From contig CAYURI010000001.1 of NCBI GenBank assembly GCA_964447275.1, positions 2,164 to 66,163 of the forward strand: DNA of 64,000 nucleotides. Direction: 5' to 3'. The position numbers were made by a program, and so were the translations under genes. This document shows positions 52,044-60,593 of this stretch, in pieces (within the stretch, counting starts at the first letter, position 1; each line of letters starts with the position of its first letter). A model generated the notes under the pieces. That model was not told where the DNA came from, ran no database searches, and saw nothing but the letters and a program-made list of their open reading frames with translations. The stretch comes from an uncultured Muribaculaceae bacterium (GTDB lineage: Bacteria > Bacillota_I > Bacilli_A > RF39 > UBA660).

Positions 52044-53771
52044 TTACTTAACTTGGAAATATCTTAATACTGAATTAGCAATACTAGTTCCAATTTCATT
52101 AATATTATCAACAATCCATTTAGCATCTGCTTTATTATCATGATAAGCAATTTCAATTAAAACACCCATTTTAATATTTAGAGGATGAACTTCGCCCATT
52201 CGGCCTCTCGCAAACATTACACCTCTACCAACTGTTCTACCGGATTTTTGATATAAACTGAATAAATCGTTATATATAGTTTGAGCTACAGAGTAAGCTT
52301 CACTTATTTCTTCATGAACATAAATTTCCATGCCTTCCATATTATGACCAGCACTACCATTAGAGTGAATGGCTAAATGTAGATCTGATTTAACATCACG
52401 GCTTTCAGTAAGCCATATTTTCATATTTTCATCAGGATTATTACGATATACTTTTATACCATTTGCTTTTAATATTTCTTCGACAACATCAGTAACTTTA
52501 TTCATCATTTCTCTTTCATTAGTATAACCAACACTTTTAACCCCAATATTAGACTTTTGGTTAGATGGTGATAAATAAACAACTGGTACTTTATCAGCAA
52601 TTTTAATATCAAAAGTCGTTGTAATACTATTATTCATGTTTTCTTTTATTGCTACTGCTGTTAAGATTACATCATTATTAATTGTAAGTGGTTCAGTATA
52701 CATAGAACCATATACTAAAGGATCTTTACCATCTAGACTATACATGATTTTAGCTCCTAAAGTATTAGTGTATAAGTTAAACTTACTACCAGGCTTTAAA
52801 CTAGCAAAATCAACATCTGTATAGACTTCTTCAACTGGACTTTTTTTGCCAATTGTTATTGCAACAGTGTCACTACGATATATCTCTTTATAATCTTTAT
52901 AACCAGCAACCAACTCTAAAGTATAAGTTGTATCTTCTTCAAAAAAATTAATATTTAATTCAGTTTCTTTTTCAGTAATACCAATAATGCGATTTAATTT
53001 ATTACCTTTATTAGTATTTTTATAAACATAAAGTAAAATAGAATCAGCATTAGCTCCACCTTTATAACTAAAGATAAAATTATTCCAACTAACATTAGCT
53101 GTTACTGGACTTAGAATTTCAATGTTACCAATAATAACTGTATTAATATAAAAGTTAAAAGAACTAATTTTTTGGTTGTTCCCATTAACAATGATGGCAC
53201 TTAAACGTCCTGAATAATTAGCAATTAAATCATAAGGGATTTCGTTTATTTGGTCAGTAATATCTTGTTCATAAATTAAATTACTACCATTTTTTATTTG
53301 TAACTTGTAATTTTCTTTTGTAAAGTCACCATCAATAATAATGGGATACATAGTATCTTTTTGGACATAAATACTATTTGATTTATTAAAAGATGGACTA
53401 TTCCAAGTAAAAGTATAGGTGTTACTTGCTTCTAATTCATTTTTATCATCATGAATAGCAATAACTTTTACTTTTAAAGGTTTTAAATAATAATAATTTA
53501 AATCTTTAATAATCCCTTCATTAGTATCATATTTTTTATCAACTAAAACGCTGTTATCTTCATCATAAACAATTACTTCATAGTTTTTGGCATAAAAGTT
53601 TTTTTCTACTTTAAAGATAACTTCACCAGAAGCCTCTTCAACTTTTAAGATTTTAAATGGTTTTAAACGGTGATCACCAATTTTTAAAAAGCCAATATAA
53701 AAACATAAAGAAAATAATAATATTCCGATAACAAATAAAGCAATAATAATATTATTTTTCTTTATGTACAT
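52044..53771 (-). CDS. Membrane-anchored N-acetylmuramoyl-L-alanine amidase (Amidase_3) with N-terminal repeat/Fn3-like region
   Basis: 575 aa. TM anchor, Ig/Fn3-like repeats and a C-terminal Amidase_3 domain (VVYLSPSNQ...DLHLAIHSNGS...GMEIYVHEE). Confidence 0.65.
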   Translation of the reverse strand: MYIKKNNIIIALFVIGILLFSLCFYIGFLKIGDHRLKPFKILKVEEASGEVIFKVEKNFYAKNYEVIVYDEDNSVLVDKKYDTNEGIIKDLNYYYLKPLKVKVIAIHDDKNELEASNTYTFTWNSPSFNKSNSIYVQKDTMYPIIIDGDFTKENYKLQIKNGSNLIYEQDITDQINEIPYDLIANYSGRLSAIIVNGNNQKISSFNFYINTVIIGNIEILSPVTANVSWNNFIFSYKGGANADSILLYVYKNTNKGNKLNRIIGITEKETELNINFFEEDTTYTLELVAGYKDYKEIYRSDTVAITIGKKSPVEEVYTDVDFASLKPGSKFNLYTNTLGAKIMYSLDGKDPLVYGSMYTEPLTINNDVILTAVAIKENMNNSITTTFDIKIADKVPVVYLSPSNQKSNIGVKSVGYTNEREMMNKVTDVVEEILKANGIKVYRNNPDENMKIWLTESRDVKSDLHLAIHSNGSAGHNMEGMEIYVHEEISEAYSVAQTIYNDLFSLYQKSGRTVGRGVMFARGRMGEVHPLNIKMGVLIEIAYHDNKADAKWIVDNINEIGTSIANSVLRYFQVK

Positions 53772-53783
53772 ATGAACTCCTTT

Positions 53784-55094
53784 TTATTTTTCTTTAATAC
53801 TTTTAAATACCTTTTTCCATAAATCTTTAGAAGAATAATTTAAAATGCCAATTTTATATACTCTAAGGCCATATTCAAATAATAAGTAAATAACAATAAT
53901 TAAAGCCGCTAAAGATATTAACATATCCCAAATTGTTACTTGACCAAGAAAATATAAGATTGGCGATAACATTGAGGATATAAATGGTATATAGGAAGCA
54001 ATTTTAATAAACACACTGCCTTCAAACATACTAGCCATAATTGCTAAATAATAGCCCGCTACGCAAATAATCATTAAAGGCCCTTGAAGTTGTTGGTAAT
54101 CTTCAATAGATGTTGTCATAGAGGCTAAAATGCCCGCTAAAAGTGAATATGCGACAAAGGAAAGCAAGAATAGTAAAACAATCACAAGAATCGCTGGAAC
54201 AATATTATCTAATACCCCATAACTTTTTATGACTTCTAAAACATTATTAATCGTTTCGCTTGTTCCTAAAGAAAAACTACCACCTAAAGCTTTCTTAAGT
54301 AATAATCCACCACCAAAGTAAGCTATAAATAAACAGCCTTGAATCAAAACAAATAAAGTTGAACCAATAATTTTACTAAAGAAGTGAACTTTAGGAGGTA
54401 CACTGGAAATAATTATTTCCATTCCCCTTGTGGTTTTCTCTTCATTAATATCCGCCCCAATAAATTGAATTAACATCACAATTAACATAAAGAAAGGAAT
54501 GATAAACAATGGTACTATTATTGCACCAAGAGTTTCTCTTGCACTACTGTACTCATCAATTTCCGTACTTAAATAAGTTCTTTCTATTTTAATTGGACTT
54601 AACAATGCTGCTTTTTCATCATTAGTTAAACTACTATTATTTAAATAAATAATGGTTTTTGAACTACTTAAAGATGATTCAATTAATTGATATGTTAAAG
54701 CATCAAGATTTTCGTAACTAATAATTTCTCCTGTAATATTATAAGCTTCACTATTAACAATAACTAAAGCATCTTTTTTATGTTCTTTTAAGTCTTCTTT
54801 AACACCTTTTATATCATCAGTATACTTAATCACATAATTATCAATACTAGCACTTTTCATATAGCCTTCTAAATAGCTTTTAACAGTCGTATAACTAGTA
54901 TTATCACCATTTATATAAATAGTATTAGCTTTATCAAAATCGCCACCAAAATACTTGACAATACTATTTAAATTGATAATGCCAACAATTAAAATTAATA
55001 AAATAACATTAGTTATTTTAAACCATTTAGTTTTAATCTTTTTATCTAAACAAGCTTTAATTAAATATTTTATTTTACTTTTCATAACTTTCAC
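53784..55094 (-). CDS. ABC-2 type transporter permease
   Basis: 436 aa. N-terminal TM, large extracytoplasmic loop and 5 C-terminal TM helices. Translationally coupled to the upstream ATPase. Confidence 0.6.
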   Translation of the reverse strand: MKVMKSKIKYLIKACLDKKIKTKWFKITNVILLILIVGIINLNSIVKYFGGDFDKANTIYINGDNTSYTTVKSYLEGYMKSASIDNYVIKYTDDIKGVKEDLKEHKKDALVIVNSEAYNITGEIISYENLDALTYQLIESSLSSSKTIIYLNNSSLTNDEKAALLSPIKIERTYLSTEIDEYSSARETLGAIIVPLFIIPFFMLIVMLIQFIGADINEEKTTRGMEIIISSVPPKVHFFSKIIGSTLFVLIQGCLFIAYFGGGLLLKKALGGSFSLGTSETINNVLEVIKSYGVLDNIVPAILVIVLLFLLSFVAYSLLAGILASMTTSIEDYQQLQGPLMIICVAGYYLAIMASMFEGSVFIKIASYIPFISSMLSPILYFLGQVTIWDMLISLAALIIVIYLLFEYGLRVYKIGILNYSSKDLWKKVFKSIKEK

Positions 55095-55989
55095 CTACTA
55101 CTTCAATAAATATTTCATTTAAAGATGGTTCTTCAACCTCAAACTTAGTAACATTTTTACATTTAGCTATGTATTTAAATACTTTTTCCACAACACTAAC
55201 ATCTTTTATACTAACAAGATATTCTAAATTATCTTTATTAACTTTAAGGACCCCGGGGATCTTTTTTAATGCTTCTTTATCAACATCCCCAATAATTTTA
55301 ATATTTTTCTTACGATAATCTTCTTTAATCTTTTTTAAGTCCCCTGATAAAACGCTTTTGCCATTTACCAAAATAACTAACTTTTCACAAAATTGCTCAA
55401 TATGTTCCAACTGATGAGTAGAAAATATTATCATGCAGCCCGCTTCTTTATATTCTCTAATCACATTTTTAAATAACTCGGTATTAATTGGATCTAAACC
55501 ACTAAAAGGTTCATCTAAAATTAATAATTTAGGTTTATTTAAAATCGCCATAATAAATTGAATCTTTTGTTGATTTCCTTTACTAAGTTCTTTAATTTTA
55601 CGATCTAAATATTCGGTAATATTAAACTTTTTTAGTAATTCATCCAGTCTTTTTAAAATCGCTTCTTTATCCACGCCTTTTAAAGCGCCATAAAATAAAG
55701 CTTGTTCTTTAACAGTTAATTTTAATAAAAGACTTCTTTCTTCAGTAACGAAACCAATCTTATCAGTAACACTGTAATCAATTGGTTTACCATTTAATAA
55801 AACTTCACCATTATTTTTATCAAGTAACCCAAGAATCATTCTGAAAGTCGTTGTTTTACCAGCACCATTAACACCTAATAAACCAAATATTTCCCCTTCT
55901 TTAATTTCAAAAGATAAGTCATCTACAGCTAAAAAATTGCCATAGTATTTCGTTATATGTTCTACCTTTAACATTTTTACCACCTTCAT
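55075..55989 (-). CDS. ABC transporter ATP-binding protein
   Basis: Walker A GVNGAGKTT, signature LSKGNQQK and Walker B LLILDEPFSGLD. Confidence 0.85.
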   Translation of the reverse strand: MKVVKMLKVEHITKYYGNFLAVDDLSFEIKEGEIFGLLGVNGAGKTTTFRMILGLLDKNNGEVLLNGKPIDYSVTDKIGFVTEERSLLLKLTVKEQALFYGALKGVDKEAILKRLDELLKKFNITEYLDRKIKELSKGNQQKIQFIMAILNKPKLLILDEPFSGLDPINTELFKNVIREYKEAGCMIIFSTHQLEHIEQFCEKLVILVNGKSVLSGDLKKIKEDYRKKNIKIIGDVDKEALKKIPGVLKVNKDNLEYLVSIKDVSVVEKVFKYIAKCKNVTKFEVEEPSLNEIFIEVVGESYEK

Positions 55990-56034
55990 TTATTATAAAC
56001 CAAAAGCAAAGAAAAATCACTATAAAGTAGTGAT

Positions 56035-57567
56035 TTAACTATTTCTTATTACAACAATTCCTTTTACTCCGGAGCCACCAGTTGAAGCGCCGTTCCATCC
56101 GGCACCACCTGCACCACCACAACCCGTATTTGAACCGCTGCAGCCAGCACCATTACCACCAAATGCACCAGATACGCCGCCTGTCATTCCTGGGCCACCG
56201 CCACCGCCACCCGCATAAGGAGTTATTCCTAAGTTGCAGCCAGCTGTTGTTCCTTGATTAAATTCACAAGTTGTAACGCCTGAACCGGCCCCACCACTTG
56301 ATTCCCCACGGCCATTAGCCCCGCCGGAACCACCATATGATCCACCGCCACCAGAATTAGCTGGCGAACAATTACAACCACCGGCGCCACCGCCAGAGCC
56401 GCCATGAGCTCCATTATGATCGCCTGTTCCATAACCACCAACTGCCGATTGACTAAAGGCTGTTGATGTTCCACCATTTGAGGCTGCTCCGCCTCCGCCT
56501 CCAATTGTTACTGTATAATCAGCATTAATCGTTAAAACAATATCTTGGGCATAAGCAGTATGGCCTCCGCCTCCGCCTCCGCCACCATGCCAATCTCCAG
56601 AACTAGTTGATGCTCCGCCGCCGCCGCCGCCGACCAAATAAGCATCAATAGTCATAGCAACTAGAGGTCTAAAGACACCACTATTTAAAAACTTAACTCG
56701 CCAGTTACCATTGCCATCATTTAAAACTAAAAAGTCTGTTCCTGGTGTAGCTGCCACACCACCAATTTTATAAGTAAACATAGCATCATAAGCATAAAAT
56801 TGAGCAGTAATGGTGGTGTTTTCAGTTCCCATCATAAACTTGGTCCCATTCATAGCGCTTTCTGCGCCAGAAATAAGCCAACCAGTAAAAACATAGCCAA
56901 TTTTGGTTGGATTAGTAATAGTTACTTCTTGTTTATAGGCTAATACTTGAGGTGTTACTCCACTCCATGTCCCACCATTAGCGTTAATAGTTAATTTATG
57001 ATATGTAGTAGAAGAAAAGTTATAACCACCAGCATATGGATAATAAACAACGATTGGATAAGTATTTCCCTTGCTATCATAAATATTTAATTCAAGTTTT
57101 AATAAACTATCATATTTATAATCATAAGAAGAATTAGCTGGATCAAAATATCTTGTTGTATATGCTAAGTCATCAAAACTTCCCAAATATCCAGTTTCAT
57201 CTTTTTCTGGTGTTTGTCTAATATCTCCCATTATCGTATTACCACCAGAATCTTTTTTAACCACGCTTAAAACTTTATTATCATTTTGAATCTTTATTTC
57301 CAAATAACTACCACTAGCAAAAGTGATTTTTAAACAAGTATTAGTAGAGTCACAAGTTTCAATTAAATCGACTTGTTCTTCCATTAAAATATTTTGAATT
57401 TTTTTGGTAATAACTGTAGCAGCCACCTTATATTCAACTTTACTTGTATTACCTAAGTCTTGATATTTAAGTTCAATTAATAATTGAAATAAAAAAACTA
57501 CCACAATCGAAATTAATGCGATTGATACAATAAGTTCAATTAAAGTTAGCCCTTTATTCTTCTTCAT
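56035..57567 (-). CDS. Prepilin-type N-terminal-cleavage/methylation-domain protein with Gly/Cys-rich C-terminal low-complexity tail
   Basis: 510 aa. Class-III signal MKKNKG|LTLIELIVSIALISIVVVF, a roughly 300-aa beta-rich middle and a roughly 200-aa tail that is more than 50% Gly with paired Cys (GGCNCS, TTCEF...AGCN, GAGCSGSNTGCGG). Confidence 0.5.
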   Translation of the reverse strand: MKKNKGLTLIELIVSIALISIVVVFLFQLLIELKYQDLGNTSKVEYKVAATVITKKIQNILMEEQVDLIETCDSTNTCLKITFASGSYLEIKIQNDNKVLSVVKKDSGGNTIMGDIRQTPEKDETGYLGSFDDLAYTTRYFDPANSSYDYKYDSLLKLELNIYDSKGNTYPIVVYYPYAGGYNFSSTTYHKLTINANGGTWSGVTPQVLAYKQEVTITNPTKIGYVFTGWLISGAESAMNGTKFMMGTENTTITAQFYAYDAMFTYKIGGVAATPGTDFLVLNDGNGNWRVKFLNSGVFRPLVAMTIDAYLVGGGGGGASTSSGDWHGGGGGGGGHTAYAQDIVLTINADYTVTIGGGGGAASNGGTSTAFSQSAVGGYGTGDHNGAHGGSGGGAGGCNCSPANSGGGGSYGGSGGANGRGESSGGAGSGVTTCEFNQGTTAGCNLGITPYAGGGGGGPGMTGGVSGAFGGNGAGCSGSNTGCGGAGGAGWNGASTGGSGVKGIVVIRNS

Positions 57568-57683
57568 AAGTCCTCTATTCTATTTTTATTATATCTTTTT
57601 ATCTTTTTATAGTCAATAACGGAAAAAAGTTTATAAAATTCTTGAATTAAAAATTATAATGTTATATAATCTTACTTGTGTAT

Positions 57684-57760
57684 GTCCTGGTAGCTCAGTT
57701 GGATAGAGCATATGCCTTCTAAGCATACGGTCGGGGGTTCGAGCCCCTCCCAGGACGCCA
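57684..57760 (+). tRNA. tRNA-Arg (anticodon TCT)
   Basis: GTCCTGG-TA-GCTCAGTTGGATAGAGC-A-TATGC-CTTCTAA-GCATA-CGGTC-GGGGGTTCGAGCCCCCT-CCAGGAC-G-CCA. Canonical cloverleaf with anticodon loop cuUCUaa and encoded CCA. Confidence 0.9.
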
Positions 57761-57770
57761 TTAAAAAAAA

Positions 57771-57799
57771 TAACTTAGATTTAATTCTAAGTTTTTTTA
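57771..57799 (+). terminator. Terminator after tRNA-Arg
   Basis: AACTTAGA-tttaat-TCTAAGTT followed by T6. Confidence 0.5.
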
Positions 57800-57816
57800 T
57801 TTAAATAAAAAGAGCC

Positions 57817-58377
57817 TTAAGCTCTTCCATTATATTTACCATCTCTAGTTGAGATTATAATTGTATCACCTTCATTAATAAACAAAGGGACTTTTAAAGT
57901 ATAACCAGTTTCAACTTTCGCATCTTTCATTGCATTGGTGGTGGTATTACCTTTAACTGCTGCACTGGTTTCAGTAACAACATATTCCATCTTTTCTGGT
58001 AAATCAACCCCAATAATTTCATTATTAAAATAAGAAATAGTAATTTCCATATTTTCTTTTAAGTACTTAATTTCTTCTTTTAGTTTACTTTCCGGTACTG
58101 ATGTTTGATCATAAGTATTATTATCCATAAAAATATAGTCTGATCCAGTATTATATAAATATTGCATCTTCTTTTTATCAATATGAGCTTTTTCAATCTT
58201 AATATTAGTATTATAAGTATCCTCAGTAATTGATCCAGTCTTTAAATTCTTTAATTTAATTCTAACAAAGGCTGTTCCTTTACCTGGTTTAACATGTTGA
58301 AAATCTACTATTAAACAAAGGTTACCATCCATCATAATCGTCATACCATTTTTAATATCATTTATGTTAATATTCAT
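57817..58377 (-). CDS. efp: Elongation factor P
   Basis: 186 aa. VKPGKGTAFVRIKLKNLKTG (the KPGKG loop carrying the modified Lys) and three OB/KOW domains. Confidence 0.92.
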   Translation of the reverse strand: MNININDIKNGMTIMMDGNLCLIVDFQHVKPGKGTAFVRIKLKNLKTGSITEDTYNTNIKIEKAHIDKKKMQYLYNTGSDYIFMDNNTYDQTSVPESKLKEEIKYLKENMEITISYFNNEIIGVDLPEKMEYVVTETSAAVKGNTTTNAMKDAKVETGYTLKVPLFINEGDTIIISTRDGKYNGRA

Positions 58378-58405
58378 TTGTATCGCTTCCTTTTATTTTG
58401 AATTA

Positions 58406-58568
58406 TTATTTCTTTTCCTTGTGATTTGTATGTTTACGACATTTAGGGCAATAACGAGTTAATTCCATTCGATCTGGAGTATTTTTCTTATTTTTACTTG
58501 TTACTCTACTTTCATTTTTGCAATCTTGACATACCATTGTTACAAATATTCTGTTTTCACTTTTTGCC
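58406..58568 (-). CDS. rpmG: 50S ribosomal protein L33, with an apparent +1 frameshift after codon 3
   Basis: A strong RBS AAAGGAGGAAACTATAATG is followed by ATG GCA AAG TGA. Deleting one A gives MASENRIFVTMVCQDCKNESRVTSKNKKNTPDRMELTRYCPKCRKHTNHKEKK, a textbook L33 with a CxxC...CxxC zinc ribbon. As written, only a 43-aa ORF from the internal Met (MVCQDC...) is intact. Confidence 0.5.
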
Positions 58569-58640
58569 ATTATAGTTTCCTCCTTTGACTTCGCTTGTAA
58601 TTATACCAAATTATTATTATTTTTCAAACAAAAATAGTAA

Positions 58641-59534
58641 TTAAATACTATTTTCGTAATATTTTTTAACCTCTTCTGCTAATTTAGGATTAAAAAGCTT
58701 ATTTTTTATCATTATTATTTCAAATTTATATGGTGGATACTTATGATCTATATAAGGTGTTTCTAATATTTTCGGAACATTTTCTAACCGTTTATTATAA
58801 ATAACATCAATTAAGGTATTAAACCCTATACTACCATAACCAATGTTTTCATGACGATCTTTATGAGCACCTAAAACATTTTTACTATCATTAACATGAA
58901 TGCATTTAATTTTTTCTAAGCCAATTATCTGATCAAATTCTTCTAAATAAGCATCAAAATTATTTAAATCATACCCCGCATCATTTAAATGACAAGTATC
59001 AATACAAACCCCTAACTTGTCTTTTAAATTAACACCATCAATTATCATTTTTAATTCTTTAATACTATTCCCACATTCGCTTCCTTTACCAGCCATGCTT
59101 TCTAAAAGAATCAATACTTTGCTATCAGGATTTAATATTTTATTTAATGCTTCAGCAATGTTATTTATCCCCTCTTCTTTAGAAATTCCTACGGCACTAC
59201 CAGGATGAAGAACAATTTTATTAACTCCTAAAGCTTCACATCTTTTAATTTCTTCTTTTAAAAAGTTTATACTAAAAAGATATTTATCAATAACGCTTTT
59301 ATTAGCTAAATTAATTATATAGGGAGCATGACAGATAACATTTTTAATATCAATATTATTTGCTTTCATTAACTCTAAAGCTTCTTTAGTATTTAAATCA
59401 TTAATCTTACTTCTAATTGTATTAGTTGGTGCTCCAGCATAAAACATAAAAGTATTAGCATCATAACTAAGAGCTTCTTTTACGCAAGAAAGGATTCCCC
59501 CACTAAAAGATACATGACTGCCAATTAATAACAT
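58641..59534 (-). CDS. nfo: Endonuclease IV (AP endonuclease Nfo)
   Basis: 297 aa TIM-barrel protein with MLLIGSHVSFSGG, HAPYIINLA and ILLESMAGKGSE(C)G motifs of the Nfo family. Confidence 0.9.
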   Translation of the reverse strand: MLLIGSHVSFSGGILSCVKEALSYDANTFMFYAGAPTNTIRSKINDLNTKEALELMKANNIDIKNVICHAPYIINLANKSVIDKYLFSINFLKEEIKRCEALGVNKIVLHPGSAVGISKEEGINNIAEALNKILNPDSKVLILLESMAGKGSECGNSIKELKMIIDGVNLKDKLGVCIDTCHLNDAGYDLNNFDAYLEEFDQIIGLEKIKCIHVNDSKNVLGAHKDRHENIGYGSIGFNTLIDVIYNKRLENVPKILETPYIDHKYPPYKFEIIMIKNKLFNPKLAEEVKKYYENSI

Positions 59535-59551
59535 ATTATCACCATAAAAAT

Positions 59552-59585
59552 TATAACATAAAAAAAAAGAACATCAAAGTTCTTA
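59552..59585 (-). terminator. Terminator after pilin paralog A (bidirectional hairpin)
   Basis: AAGAAC-atcaaa-GTTCTT stem flanked by an A9 run and a T6 run. Confidence 0.45.
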
Positions 59586-59599
59586 TTTTTTATTATTTA

Positions 59600-60073
59600 C
59601 TAGTTTAAGCATCCATCCCAGTTAGCAGTTGCAGCTGCTGTTGTGTCAATTGTTGTTGCATCAACAGAAATGTTACCACCTTTATTTGTTGAACTAGCTG
59701 TTACCGAACGGCTGCCATCAGTATACCAAATATAGTAATTATTATTGGTTGAATCAATTAAAACTGAGCCAACTTTACCAGTAAAACTCTTATCAATATA
59801 ATCAGTTAAACTTGTAATGCTATAGCAATATCCAGTAATTGAGCTACCACTAATTGTTGCAGATACAGCAGTTGGTAATGTGCTTTCTAATAAGTCATCA
59901 GAATATTTTAATTTAGCGCCATCAATAATATTTTCAGCTTCAATTTCAAATGCATTGTCTTTTGCTCCATCCATCATCTTCAAAACACTTGGTACTGCAA
60001 GCAAGACTAACACAGCAAGAATAACAATTACGGCTAATAGCTCTACTAAAGTGAATCCCTTTTTCTTTTTCAT
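59600..60073 (-). CDS. ComGC-like type IV pilin/pseudopilin, paralog A
   Basis: 157 aa. Class-III signal MKKKKG|FTLVELLAVIVILAVLVLLAVP, N-terminal alpha-helix and a divergent C-terminal globular part with a Cys pair. Confidence 0.65.
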   Translation of the reverse strand: MKKKKGFTLVELLAVIVILAVLVLLAVPSVLKMMDGAKDNAFEIEAENIIDGAKLKYSDDLLESTLPTAVSATISGSSITGYCYSITSLTDYIDKSFTGKVGSVLIDSTNNNYYIWYTDGSRSVTASSTNKGGNISVDATTIDTTAAATANWDGCLN

Positions 60074-60089
60074 ATTATTTCCTTTCTAT

Positions 60090-60536
60090 TTAACTTTCCG
60101 AAGTTATAGGGCATGTTGCAAAATCAGTAGTTGATGTATTTAATGTACCATCTAATGCTAACTCACCAGCTGTGTCTTCAGTTATTGATCTAGCAGCATC
60201 AGTATACCAAACTAACGTTGACGTATCACCAATTAGAACTGATCCTTTATGACTAGCTGAAAAAGTTTTGTCAACGTAACCATTGGTTTGTAGATAAGTT
60301 ATACTATAGCAATAACCATTAGCTGTAGAACGTGTGGTATCGCTATTAAGTAGATCATCAGCATATGCTGATTTCGCTGCTTTAGCAATATTTTCTGCTT
60401 CAATTTTAAAGGCATTGTTTTTAGCTCCATCCATCATCTTTAAAACGCTTGGTACAGCAAGTAAAACTAATACAGCTAAGATTACTATTACCGCTAAAAG
60501 TTCTACTAAAGTAAATCCTTTTTTCTTTTTCTTCAT
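60090..60536 (-). CDS. ComGC-like type IV pilin/pseudopilin, paralog B
   Basis: 148 aa. The first roughly 50 residues are nearly identical to paralog A (MKKKKKGFTLVELLAVIVILAVLVLLAVPSVLKMMDGAKNNAFKIEAENI); the C-terminus diverges. Confidence 0.65.
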   Translation of the reverse strand: MKKKKKGFTLVELLAVIVILAVLVLLAVPSVLKMMDGAKNNAFKIEAENIAKAAKSAYADDLLNSDTTRSTANGYCYSITYLQTNGYVDKTFSASHKGSVLIGDTSTLVWYTDAARSITEDTAGELALDGTLNTSTTDFATCPITSES

Positions 60537-60593
60537 AACAACCTCTATTCTAATACAATTATATATTTAAATTTTAATTTTAGCAAGTTCTTT

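Noticed and set aside
56229-56504. 91-aa ORF inside the Gly-rich pilin-like gene
   Set aside because: This is an alternative frame of a GC-rich, glycine-codon-rich stretch (GGN repeats give Pro/Ala/Val-rich frames). It is not independent.
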